From the human T2T-CHM13v2.0 reference genome, Homo sapiens: 64,000 bases of DNA. How positions within the stretch are numbered: position 1 is the first letter of the stretch; every line of letters begins with the position of its first letter. Positions 27,266 through 40,771 of the stretch are shown in pieces. The stretch lies in assembly GCF_009914755.1 (NCBI RefSeq), contig NC_060937.1, one strand, 5' to 3'. Below the pieces are notes generated by a model. That model was not told where the DNA came from and did not search any database. It saw only the letters and a list, made by a program, of their open reading frames with translations. The translations under genes and the position numbers were made by a program.

Positions 27266-29434
27266 AGCTTTTCTCGGATATTTATTCTAAAACTTTTGGA
27301 TGTACTAAACCAACTCAAGCACTAATTTTCTTCCCCATATGCTAAATACCTCATGAAGAATACTGTAAACATGTATAAAGCATAATTTTATGCATATATG
27401 ATTTTAAGCTCAGCTAGGAAAGTATTGAAAGGTACTTGAGTTGTATGTGTGCATTATAAGCCACATATTAAGTAAGCCACAAATTCACAAAAGAGGGTAA
27501 TTTTGCTTAACAAGGGTATGGAAATTGAGAAATAGGTCTTAGAAATGAGCTGTTAGTAATATCAGTAATATTTTCAGAATAAATAGAGGTTGAATTATCA
27601 GCAAACTAGAATGAATACAATTCGTTAGAAGGAAATGAGCAAAATGTAATCAAAGAAACTGAGGTTGATGTAAATAATGATGATAGAGAACTATGTACCC
27701 AAATAGAACATGGCATTTGTATTTACAATATGATGGAAAAGTTAACCACATGGACTCTTCCTTTCAACCATAAGAGAGATCATGAAATAAAGCATGGAGA
27801 AGTGTGGCAAAGTACAACAAAACCAAAGTGTAATAATTTATTCATAGAATGTTTGAACAAAAAGAGCTCGTTTCTGCTTAATGTTTTATGTAATCCCATC
27901 TTTTCCAAATGAAAACCTGAAACTCAAATCTATAATCTGATCTTACTGTTTATAATGTTTGGATAATTGGTTCCCATAGTGAAACTTTTCATTTGTAACT
28001 GATTAACTGTACTTTCTGCCTGTGAAAAAGAATAATTAAATACTATTTACCACTCAATTATTTACAGCAGTAGTTAAAATGTGACCAAAAATAGTTAACA
28101 AAATTATTATAATGTACCTAATTGATAGAGAATTCTTGTTGAGTTGATGAATTTTGAATGTCTATATTAAGAATAGAAATGCTTTAAAAATGCTATGTAT
28201 ACATTTTATTTGTAAAGATCACATAAAAGTATTATAAAATGTTCTATGAGCTTTTGTGCAAATATGTTCAAATATACACATATAGGCACTCATGAATACA
28301 TATTTATATGTTAGTTTTTTTAACATTAGGAACTGTACTGTTCATCACATGTGTGAGTCTGTTAGATAAACTGTATTCTCAAATGCAATAATGACAAACA
28401 CAAAAATAGAACATTTTAGCTTAAAATACCAATAAAATATTTATTATATATGGAAGTAATTTAGTTTTCACTTTTTACACTATGTATTTTATAATTATAA
28501 TGTAGGATATTAAATGATGGTAAATTAACATAAGTAGAAATTTCAATATCCCAGCTTTTATTGTTGAATAATACCAATATAAATGTATGTTTTTTTATCT
28601 GCCTAAGTGAAATCAGGAAAAAAATTTTAACTCACAGTCTTCATACCGAAATATGTTAATATCTATTTAACATTTAATAATGTAAGGATTATTAAACTGT
28701 GACTAAATGTGAACTAAATTTACTTGAAAATTATTTCAAAAGCTATAGCCTACTATTTTTCTAAAGATGATATAAAAGCAAGCAGAATTGAACTGGTTTG
28801 CGTACTAGCTGAATTGTATTTAACTCTAATTAATTTCCATTGGTGTATTCCATATATCTGGAAAACCAGACTATTTCATACTTCGAGAATATATAGTTCA
28901 ATAATTTTCAGTGTTAAAAGTGATAAATGTTATTTCTGATCTATACTTGTTTTTTCTATGCATTGTAAGTGCATTATTCATAACTTTTACACTGGGAGAC
29001 ATTGTAATTAACATAGCAAAAATTTCTTGATGATAATTTATAAATCTTGCGTATAGTAGTGTATAATATAGAAATATTCCTTATTAGCACAATATTTTAA
29101 GGCAAAATCTCCCATCTGTGTTCTTATGAAAGATTATGTGCACAAGTTATGAAAGATCTTAATAAAATCTTTATGAAAAAAAGGATTTCACAAGTAAACT
29201 GGGAAACAATGCATACTATATCCCTGCTTGATGATTTGCAGTATTCTGTTATTAAAATCTATAATAAATCTGCTGACAAAAATACACTTAATAGAGCTAA
29301 CATGGTATTGCCTATATCAATTTTAGGGCAGAAGTGTTTTGTCGCAATGTTTATAGTTATTTTGCAGAATATTAATTTACAGTCCTGTTACTGAATTTTT
29401 ACAGATGTCCACTTAAAGCCAATTAAAAAAACAT

Positions 29435-29685
29435 TTTAAAAATACTGTATGACAGGTATTGTTTTAAGCATTTTAGAAATATTAACTGGTTTAAATCTAA
29501 TAACATGGCTATGAGGGAAATTAGAAAGCTATGAGGGAATTTTTACCTCTATTTCACCAGCCAGAAAACTGAGTTAGAGACAGATAAAGTTAATTGCCCA
29601 GAATCACACAATGAAAAAGCTGAAAGATTGAGGATATGGACTTGGAGTCTGTGGTTCCACCATTGGGCTCGATTCATTGCACTGG
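29435..29685 (-). mobile_element. MIR SINE remnant
   Basis: AGAAAACTGAGTTAGAGACAGATAAAGTTAATTGCCCAGAATCACACA core. Confidence 0.7.
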
Positions 29686-29712
29686 GTATTATTCTTATTT
29701 AATCTCTGCTTA

Positions 29713-29758
29713 ATTGCCTTTTGGCCTTTTGGCTAAGATCTGTTCTGATCAGTCTAAT
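29713..29758 (+). pseudogene. U2 snRNA 5' fragment pseudogene with internal 12-nt deletion
   Basis: ATTGCCTTTTGGCCTTTTGGCTAAGATC|TGTTCTGATCAGTCTAAT versus U2 ATCGCTTCTCGGCCTTTTGGCTAAGATC[AAGTGTAGTATC]TGTTCTTATCAGTTTAAT. Confidence 0.8.
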
Positions 29759-30879
29759 CTTTATTTAGTTCAATTTAGTTCAATTCATTTATCTTATTGA
29801 TTGTAGCAAGTAGAATTTGTTGTACAAATTAGATTAACTCTATGTATGTACATCTACATCTGTGGTAGGAGACCATTGTGAATTGCACAATAGTGATGCA
29901 TTTCATAAAGAAAGTGGTTGCAGGTGGAGCATGGGCTACATTTTTAAGAAACTGATGACAGCAGGAGCATTAGCAAATCCCCATGAAATCTAACACATGT
30001 AACGAGAGCAGCTCAAACACTGAACATGACTAACTGTAGTGGAGGTATTTGTGATCCTGTAGAGAATACTCTCTGAAAACTTTTAGAGTGGGAATTGAGT
30101 AAATGCTGGAGATTCTCTATTAAGCGTAAGAAAATTGGCCAATAAAATTAGGGTGATTACTGTAGCTATCAGCACACAACTGTATTCACACACAAGGTAA
30201 TTCTTGGAGAGTCTACTACCTTATACTCTTCTTAACTCTGATCAAACTGAAACATATGCAAAGCAATCACATTCATAGAAGTAGGAGGAATAAATTCTAC
30301 TGTAAACTAGAAAGGTGTTAGATAAGTTGCAATAAAAAAATCTATTGCATAACTTTTAAAAAATGAAAATGATATTATTCTTATTTGACATTTGAATCAA
30401 ATCTGCCCAGGTCAGCTTGTAATTATGGTACTAGCAACTGATCCAGTTGGAACAAGAATTGAGAAATTTTGACTTTATATAATCTTGTCGTTACTAAATA
30501 AATAGGTCAATAGTCTATGAAAAAAGTTGGGGTCACCAAACCTGGACTCGAGGCTGACTTTTTATGTTTGATCTGTCAATTACTAATGATTTGATTTTTT
30601 GATATATTACATACTTCCTTTGTTGCTTAGTTTCGCCCCCTAAGAAAATCCCTAAGAAAATGAAACTACATAATTTCCAAAGTTTTTTTTTTATAAGTTC
30701 AAGGTTCTTATTGGGCCAAATATTAAAAGACTCTTTCATGTGTTTGAAATCACATGTCTTCTCTTTACGTGGTCAAACACCAAAGGAAGTTAGAGACAGT
30801 TTCCTTTAAGTCTTTTGTTAAAACTCAATGGGTTTACCAAAAAAAGGTGTTGATAGTTGTGTAAGTCACCTTGGTAATC

Positions 30880-31640
30880 TGCCATACATCCAAAATGTAT
30901 TAATCAATTTCCAATTATGTACCAGGTATTGTGCCACCCTAGAAAGACAGCGTTATGCCATACACAGTCTCAGCTTTCATTATAGTTACACAATATTTGT
31001 GAAACCTGGCACGTAAAGAGATTTACAGCCAAGAGCTATAAATGCTATGATAGAGATAAACACAGGGAAGGGGTAAACTAGATCAACTAACAGATGTTAT
31101 GAGTCATTAAGTATTGTTTTCTATGTATAATGACCTAGAAACTCAGATAGGAGGGATACATGATTATTAACCAGATGAAGAAAGAACACTACAAGATAAA
31201 GGGAAAAAATGCTAAGATCTCGAGGTGAGATTAATGGGGTGCTTGAAAATTGTAATTAAAATGTGGCTGGAATGTTGAATTTAAGAATCACAGCCAGGCG
31301 CAGTGGCTCACACTTGTAATCCCAACACTTTGGGAGGCCGAGGCGGGAGGATCAATTGAGGTCAGGAGTTCCAGACCAGCCTGGCCAACACGGTGAAACC
31401 CCGTCTCTACTAAAAATACAAAAACTAGCCAGGCATGGTGGTGGATGTCTGTAATCCCATTGAACCTGAGAGGTGGAGGTTGCAGTGAGCCAAGATCAGA
31501 GATCGCGCCACTGCACTTCCAGCCAGCCTGGGTGATAGAGTGAGACTCAGTCTCAAAAAAAAAAAAAGAATCAGAGGTGGTACTGTTGAGGAAGCATTTG
31601 TTGAAAGGTTGGTCTGAATTTTTGTCAGGATCCAGGCCTT
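30880..31640 (-). mobile_element. L2 remnant, interrupted by Alu
   Basis: TATGTACCAGGTATTGTGC..ATAAATGCTATGATAGAG..ATGTGGCTGGAATG antisense L2 motifs. Confidence 0.6.
31293..31565 (+). mobile_element. AluSx-like with about 30-bp right-arm deletion
   Basis: GTAATCCCA joined directly to TTGAACC; TSD AAGAATCA. Confidence 0.92.
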
Positions 31641-31968
31641 ACAGAAATTTCCTGAGAGATGGCATTAAAGTGGCATCGTCTATGTAAGGTATAGCAGTTT
31701 ATCTCTATAAAAAAGATTAATAATAAGAAAAACAGTGACAGTACTTGTTTTTGATTTCTAGTGTCCTTTCCAAACCAAGTAAAATTTAAAAATGTAAGTT
31801 CTGTCAACATAAAATATTGCTCTGATTCTCTTTCTTCCTTCCCCTCAACCTTTTGTCTCAGAGATATGGGATTTCTCATGGACATATAAAATGTCATTGA
31901 TGTAAAAATAGCTGTGATGTAAGTGGTCCCTCTCAGTTAATGCTAAATTGCTTGAACTGAATCTGGTG

Positions 31969-32350
31969 TGTTGTAAAAAAAAACCTAATGCAAATGAAAT
32001 TTAGTAGAGTTTACTTGAGCAAAGAACAATTTGTAAATTAGGCAGCACTCAGAACTAGAAGAGGTTCCAAGAGCTCCACCTAGCAATGTGACTAATCAAC
32101 TTTCATTTCACAGAAAGAACACAGATGTGAAGTAGGGAAATCACCTGATTGGCTACACACAGCTAGATGTTTGCCTAATTTGGGCATGGTGTGAAGAGTG
32201 GGCTGCCTGTGAACGGCTGAAGCCCAACTGTTTGTGATGGCCAAGATGTAGCCATTTGTTATAATCCCAAATTAGGTTGCGGTTTGTACTTAGGAACTCA
32301 AAATATGGGAGACCATCTCATGCTAGTGGCCTCCTGCTTATTTAATTTGA
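31969..32350 (-). mobile_element. ERV1 (MER4-group) LTR-like element
   Basis: AGAGTTTACTTGAGCAAAGAACAATT..GGCAGCACTCAGAACTAGAAGAGGTTC..CCTGATTGGCTAC pattern; subfamily not assigned. Confidence 0.55.
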
Positions 32351-32449
32351 GAGCTACCCTAGGTTTGCCTCTCTGTTGGCACACCAAGGAATTCAATCTC
32401 AGTGGGCATCTCTGGAACACAGGATTCTCAAAAAAAGGGCATCACATGT

Positions 32450-32725
32450 CTTTTTTTTTTTTGAGACAGAGCCTTGCTCTTATTGCCCAGGCTGGAGTGC
32501 AGTGACGTGATCTCGGCTCACCACAACATCCGCCTCTCGGGTTCAAGCAATTCTCCTGCGTCAGCCTCCTGAGTAGCTGGGATTACAGGCATGAGCCACT
32601 ACGCCCAGCTAATTTTGTATTTTTAGTAGAGATGGGGATTTCTCCATGTTGGTCAGGCTGGTCTCGAACTCCCAACCTCAGGCGAAAAGTGCTGGGATTA
32701 CAGGCGTGAGCCACCGCACCCGGCC
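32450..32725 (-). mobile_element. AluSp-like with about 20-25-bp left-arm deletion
   Basis: CCTCAGGCGA joined to AAAGTGCTGGG; TSD CAC(A/T)TGTCTTTTTT. Confidence 0.92.
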
Positions 32726-33264
32726 CACTTGTCTTTTTTAGTCTAGAGAATTTATTAATGTTTTTTCATTATCACAATGGTAACATTTTAAGATCTGTCA
32801 ATTTAAAATATTCTCTGAAGTCTTTCTTCTACATGTATTCATTGAGAGAGAAGAGATACTTTGACCTCTACCACATTTGTTTGATATTGAATTTTTTTTT
32901 TAAACATTAACTTCTGGTAAAAATCTAGCAAGGGTAAATTTAATTTGTCAATATTTTTCCTACACTGTGTCTTCCAATTTTGCAAATAACATATTTAAAA
33001 GTTTAATTAAATATATTTTATGAAATATGAATATTTCAGAGAAGAATTAGAATGATTGCTTTATTAATAATTTATTCAATTATAATCAGACACCAATCTT
33101 AGCATAATCACAAGTTTGGGAGTAAATATATAAATTGGACTGAATTTTGGAGTACACTGGATATAAGACTTGGGGTACACTGGATATAACACAGCTGATG
33201 TTAGCTGATGTCACTAATAATGACTAATATTTCAAACCCAATTCAGTAACATAACTGCCATTTA

Positions 33265-33693
33265 CAGTTGACCCTTGAATAACTTGGGTTTGAACTGTGG
33301 TCAACTTACAAGTTTTTTTTTTTTTTTTTTTTTGCCTCTGCTATCTTTAAGATAGAAAGACCAACTTATCTTCCTCCTTCTTGGCCTACTCAGGGTGAAG
33401 ATGATAAGGACAAAGACCTTTATAATGATCCACTTCCAGTTAATGAATAACATTTTATCTTCTTTATGATATTCTTAGTAACATCCTCTAGGTTATCTTC
33501 TGGTAAAAACTTAGTGTTTAATACATATAACATATAAGATATGTATTAATTGACTGTTTATTTTATCAGTAAGCCTTCCAGTCAACAACAGGCTATTAAA
33601 AGTTAAGTTGTTGTGGAGTCAAAAGTTATAGATGAATTATCGACTTCATGGTGTTTAGCACTCCTAATCCTCATTTTGTTCAAGGGTCAACTG
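33265..33693 (+). mobile_element. Tigger2a (TcMar-Tigger) non-autonomous DNA transposon
   Basis: TIRs CAGTTGACCCTTGAA ... TTCAAGGGTCAACTG, TA on both sides, 429 bp. Confidence 0.9.
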
Positions 33694-35037
33694 TATTAGA
33701 GTGTTATAAATAAATCACAGTAGCTTTTGGCTATTTCAAAGAGTAAGTTTGTGCACTGATGGGAATGAAAGTCTTACACTAAACAAATACAAAAGAAAAG
33801 ATTTTTCAGAGCAATTAAACGATAGTTTGAAAACTCTTTTGAAATTCTGACCTATTTATTTGGGTCAATATGGTCTCTAACGTTTCACTTTGAAGAAGGT
33901 AGTACTCTGGAAAACTGAATTTACCAACTTTTGGTGTCAAACATTAATATCAATATTAAAATGTTAAAATGCATTTTATATAAATGCTCTTTAGAAACTT
34001 GTTCAAGCATAAAAAGCATAAAAGGAAAGTTTTTCTTTGAGATGTCAATTATAGATTCTATTGGAAATACTACATAGCTTATTAAAATATTCAAAATCTC
34101 ATTTAAATTGAAATTATTATGTATAATGCCATTAAAATCACAGGCTCTCCTGGTAATCAATGTTCAATGGAAGAATGAATAAGCTCAAAGTTTAAAGAAT
34201 CTTTCAATTTACTGCCGATCTTTACCATGAAGACTATTAATTACTTTTGGTACACTCCAATTTATTATTCAATACAGAAAAGGAAATGATCTATATAGTA
34301 CAATTGGTTCTAATATCATTGGATTACACATCAAGTGAGTGTTAAGTATGAGAGGTAGCAATTGTTCGAAGTTTTAAAGCAGATGTTAATACAGAATATC
34401 AAAATTTTATTTGCATTTCAGCGAGTATCTCTATGTTTCTTAATCTACAAAATGGAAATGATGATACTATTTCGGATTTTTGTGAGTCTAACAAGAGAAA
34501 AGTACGTGTAAAGGAAGTATTTATCAACTACACAAGCAAACTATATGACTTCTCAGTAATTGGCAAAATTATCATAATGGTTATGGGACAGTTTTGAAGA
34601 TTAAATGAGATAACGATCAAGTGAACAACAAACTGTCATATTGGAAACACTGAAGAAAAGTAGATATTTGTCATAGTTAAAAAATGATCACATACCTCTT
34701 TGAACTTTTATTTATAATATATATTTTTAGAAAGACATCATGTTAAATATATCACATGTCATTTAATGAAAGAAGAATGTTTTGTTTGGAATGTGTTAAT
34801 TGGATTTATTATATATTTTCTATGTCAAACCTAAAAATATTAAACAGTAAGAATTTTATCATGGACTACAATTTGTAGATAATTATCAGCCTTTCTCCAG
34901 TTTATTGGTCTCTGTTACAGAAACATTGACACTGACTATTTCTTTTTCAAAAGAATCAACCATCACTCCCAGGTTAATATTTAGCAGCTATCCAGTGACT
35001 CATGTATCTAAAATGGCTTAAAAGCATTGGAGTTTGT

Positions 35038-35502
<465 letters not shown>

Positions 35503-35795
35503 CTAAGGTTAGGGTGTGTTAGAAACAAAGCAGCTTTCCCTTTTAGAAGAAAGATCGTATGAGTTTACTAAGGAAATATAATAGAAGTTTTGGGTCTCTG
35601 AAACCTTGAACGAGTTGCATTTAAATTTAACAAAACGACACTAATTTTCTTATTTATTTTTTCTTAAATGAAATTTGGCTGTTGTTGCCCATTCCCCTGA
35701 AGCTCACAGGCTTATACAAATTTTGCGTAAAATGCACAGTCTGTTGTTTTCTCACAATTCTAAACTGATTTTCAACATGGCTTTCTATCCATTAG

Positions 35796-36137
<342 letters not shown>

Positions 36138-37287
36138 GTCAGGTTAGATTTTAATCGGTAGTTTTTTCTCCTTCTTGGTAGAGGAGCTTTTCTAAAGCTA
36201 GATGAGGATCAGACCAAAATTGGCAATTACAATTTTAAAGAGCAACATCCAGAAAATAGGTACTGAATGAAGAATTTGATTAAAAAAAGAAGTTTTGAAA
36301 TTGGCAACATTTAAAAATAAAACCGCAAGGTAAAAAATGAAGACATAGAAGGACAGAAAAAAAGAAGTCTGGCTGAACTTTTCTGCTCAGGGTCAAAATG
36401 ACTTTGGAGTGCAGCAAAAAACAGGAATATAAAATAAAATGTTAAAATCACAAGGAAAAAATAAGCCTTTCCAAATTTGCCCTGTCTCTTATCTATCAGA
36501 CTCAGCCCAAAAGCAAATTGTTGGCAGATGTTTTGTGATATGATTTTTTTTGTGACATATAAAAACGAAAAGGAATAGATATGAATGCATTGAAGAGAGA
36601 TCAAAATGATACAATTTGAGCAAGACATAAATTAGTCATATTAAGCTCAATGCCTTATGAAAAATTTTCAGTGGTATTATATGTTATCAGACAAAAGGGC
36701 CCATATGAATGTAACAATTTTTAAATATACATCTTTTAATATCTGAAGAAAATGATAATGCAAACAATACAATCAAATATTATGTAAGATTTTTGGTAGT
36801 ATTTTTAAATAAATATTTGATGTTTTTAAAAAGATGTTAAACAGATTGGTTGCCCATTATATTACACTACTCGTTTAATGAAAAGGCATGGTACACTTAC
36901 TATATGAAATTTATGGCCGAAGATTACATTTACTCTAAAAATGATTTATGGAGAGTAGCAATTGATACAGAATTTTAAAATGATGTTACAAATTTTCTGT
37001 GTGTCTGATTGTAATTCATATACATTAGTGAGTGGAAACAGCCATTATTAAATCTTCTACAGTTGAAATCATTCATTTAAGTTATTGTGGTTTAAAAATT
37101 CACCAGTATTAGGCCTGATTTGTGGATAAATAAAGAGGAGGCCCTATTCCTGAATAGCTCAAAGTACTGTGAAAGAGAAGAATAAGTAGAAGATGAAAAT
37201 GCTCTCTGAACTCGTACGCATGTACAAAGTAACAGCCCAGCACAGGAAGAAATGCTCAATTTCAATCCTCCGTGCTCGTGGCTATCA

Positions 37288-37334
37288 AGGTTATAAGTGA
37301 TCAGGCTTATAAGTGATCAGGTTATAAGTGATCA
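37288..37334. repeat. Short tandem repeat, 15-16-bp unit x3
   Basis: AGGTTATAAGTGATC / AGGCTTATAAGTGATC / AGGTTATAAGTGATC. Confidence 0.9.
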
Positions 37335-38472
37335 AGAGATATAGCTTTTGTTTATCCTTCCAGCTTCATTATGTTACACACACTCACAGAATTCTAGCCT
37401 TTGTTATTCTATGAATTACTAGAATTACTAGGATTGTTCCCTCTACTCAAAACTTTTGTACTTGTTATTCCTTTATACTTAAAGAAATTATTTCTGGTTG
37501 TTTTTATAAGTAACTCCTTATATATATAAGCAACTCACTGTTGCTGTCAATCCTTTAGGACTGTTTTCTCCACCTCTGTTTTTGTTATTGTTTATCTAGT
37601 AATTTTTAATTCATTTGTTTCTTCACATGATTGGTGTTTGTCTTTCTTGCTAGAATAGATGCTCCATGAAGGCAAATAATGCTTTTGCATTTTTCCTATG
37701 CTATTGTAAATTCCTAGCATAGTACCTAGCTACCCTGGTTTCCTCATATGTAAAATGGGGATAGATTATAATATGACTTGGTGAGGTAAGTTTATAAATT
37801 AAATAAGAATATGCATCTAATATTTTTAAGAAAATAATAAAATCATTATTAATTATTTTAGTGCAGTTTATGTAGTGGCAGCCAAAAAAATGTTGCTTAT
37901 GTATATATTTTACACCTAAATGTTTATGCTGATTATTTTCTACATGCTACAAGTGTTTTACTACAGAAGAAATAAATATTGTGTTTAAAATACATTAATA
38001 TAAGAGTATAAAGTTTAACTTTTTATATGTAATGGTTACCAATAATATAATTCATGGTAAACATATACAATAATAATTATGCATTATGTTGGTGCTATTG
38101 ATAAATTATATACTCATTCAAGTATTAGATGTGTCTCTTTATGATTTAAATGAATTTTATATTAAATATGGCCACATCAGCAATACAATGGGTAAAATAA
38201 GCACATAATCTCTCTGATTCTGTGTGAGTCAGTTGTGTGTGAATCTGTTTCAAATTAATACGATAATCATATGTAAGAATAAAATTGCATCTTAAAAGTA
38301 ACTTAAAATGTTAAGTAAAGATATGCTATTTTTAAGTGTATATAAATTTATAAAGTTATTTTTTCTTTTACTAAATTTTATATCAAATTTATAGGACGTT
38401 CAACTATATGTATATCTGAACATACACTGTCAAAATCAAATACAATATAGAGATAAATATCTAAATTTAAAA

Positions 38473-39422
38473 TGTTTTATTTTGGAAGTAAGAATTGCAG
38501 TTTGAGGCATACACAAAGGATGTGTGGTCTTCGGTATGTCCAAAGCACAAAGGGAAGTTTGGGAGGTTTATTAGTAGAGAAATAGTAAGTTTTTTTATTT
38601 TATTTTATTTTTATTTATTATTATTATACTTTAAGTTTTAGGGTACATGTGCACAATGTGCAGGTTAGTTACTTATGTATACATGTGCCATGCTGGTGTG
38701 CTGCACCCATTAACTAGTCATTTAGCATTAGGTATATCTCCTAATGCTATCCCTCCCCCCTCCCCCTACCCCACAACAGTCCCCAGAGTGTGATGTTCCC
38801 CTTCCGGTGTCCATGTGTTCTCATTGTTCAATTCCCACCTATGAGTGAGAATATGCGGTGTTTGGTTTTTTGTCCTTGCGATAGTTTACTGAGAATGATG
38901 ATTTCCAATTTCATCCATGTCCCTACAAAGGACATGAGCTCATCATTTTTATGGCTGCATAGTATTCCATGGTGTATATGTGCCACATTTTCTTAATCCA
39001 GTCTATCATTGTTGGACATTTGGGTTGGTTCCAAGTCTTTCCTATTGTGAATAGTGCTGCAATAAACATATGTGTGCATGTGTCTTTATAGCAGCATGAT
39101 TTATAGTCCTTTGGGTATATACCCAGTAATGGGATGGCTGGGTCAAATGGTAAGAGAAATACTAAGTTTTGTTGTGGAAGTAAGTTTCTTGGCACCAGAG
39201 AAGATTTTGGGAGCTTGCAGGCTTTGATTGGTGAGTGATACTGGCAGGTAAAACTGGTCTTAGGATTACAGCAGATGATTTTAGCAGCTGAACTTGTAGA
39301 GTATTTAACTCTTGGAGCAGATGCTATGTGCTCTGAATGATTTTCTCCCGGCTCCTTGACCCTGATTCTCTGATTTAGTTGGATAGGACAAGAATGATTC
39401 AATTCATATAATCAATTTTCCA
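38473..39422 (-). mobile_element. ERV1 (MER4-group) LTR split by an L1PA insertion
   Basis: LTR-like sequence from TGTTTTATTTTGGAAG to ATAATCAATTTTCCA, continuous across the L1 TSD; subfamily not assigned. Confidence 0.6.
38595..39152 (-). mobile_element. 5'-truncated L1PA2/PA3-like 3' end
   Basis: TTATTATACTTTAAGTTTTAGGGTACATGTGCAC.. close to young L1 3' UTR; TSD AGAGAAATA(G/C)TAAGTTTT. Confidence 0.93.
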
Positions 39423-40477
39423 TATATATATATATATATATAATACCAACCCACCCACCCACACACACACACATCTATGTGTTATGAGTTAATATTTTCA
39501 CAAAAATGTAAAAGAAATTGAGTTTGTAGTATAATTTTTTTATCTGCTTTTATCACTTCATCATCATCAGTAAGGAGTCATGCCTTTGGAAAAAAACTCT
39601 AATAATTGCTTTATAATTTCTTTAAACAAAAAAACAGTGACAGGTGGATTTTATGGCTACTACATATAAAGAAACTTATGTACTCACATTGCACTCAAAT
39701 AAGATGGGGGGCTCACTGCCAATTGTTTCTAAAACTATTATATTAAATTACAGCATTGACCAAGAAAAAAAGATGAAATAGTCAATTTAGCCAACAGATC
39801 TGTTAAACTGCCTTCCCCAAACCAAAAAGTAAAACCGAATCCCAAAGTACTTCTACATGTACTTATTTCTTTTTATTACTCAGAGAAAGTGATTTTATTT
39901 CCTGTAGCTTAACACTAATCCCTTCACTTCTGATTTCTATTCCAGCTGCTTCAATTTCTTCAGGACTAGGAATTTTTTCCTCTTTCTCACATACATTCAA
40001 TCTCTGTCTACTAATTAATTTCCCATAATCTCACAGCATTTTAATCTCTCCTATCTTAATAGTCTTTGTGTTAAACTCTGAGCCTCTACACACTAAGTCT
40101 CTTTTTTCACTGCTACACAACTGTGCAAAAAAAAAAAAAAATGCAGCTCACGTATGTCACCATAAGGCACCATCAATTTACTCTGCCAAACCAAACTCGC
40201 TTCTGACTACATTTAAAAATATCTTTCCAAGATTGTAAATTAATTGTAAAATATAGTTCTCTCTTGCAACTTCATTTGATAACAGTTGAATGCTACTTTC
40301 TTTATGATTATTTCTATTTCAGAGGTAATACACGACAGTGATTAAAAGCATAGGTACTAGTTTTGTGAAATTGGATAAGTGGTTTAAAATGTCCGTGTCT
40401 TAATTTCCTTTTATGTTTAGTGTGTTAGATTTGTTAATACATGTAAAATACAAAGACAGTTAATAAATGCTCAACAA

Positions 40478-40771
40478 GGCCGGGCGCAGTGGCTCACGCC
40501 TGTAATCCCAGCACTTTGGGAGGCCGAGGCGGGCGGATCACAAGGTCAGGAGATCGAAACCATCCTGGCCAACACGGTGAAACCCCATCTACACTAAAAA
40601 TACAAAAAATTAGCCAGGTGTGGCGGCGGGCGCCTGTAGTCCCAGCTGCTCCCGGAGGCTGAGGCAGGAGAATGGCGTGAACTGGGGAGGCGGAGGTTGC
40701 AATGAGCCGAGATCGTGCACTCCAGCCTGCGCGACAGAGCGAGACTCCATTTAAAAAATAAATAAATAAAA
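40478..40771 (+). mobile_element. AluY/Sc8-like in a MIR/L2 remnant
   Basis: Complete dimer with small right-arm deletion; 16-bp TSD AATAAATGCTCAACAA. Confidence 0.95.

Noticed and set aside
37288-37334. CRISPR-like array
   Set aside because: Head-to-tail units without spacers, in primate DNA with no cas genes
38923-39402. 159-aa chimeric ORF
   Set aside because: Chance fusion of LTR sequence to the L1 ORF2 tail across the insertion junction
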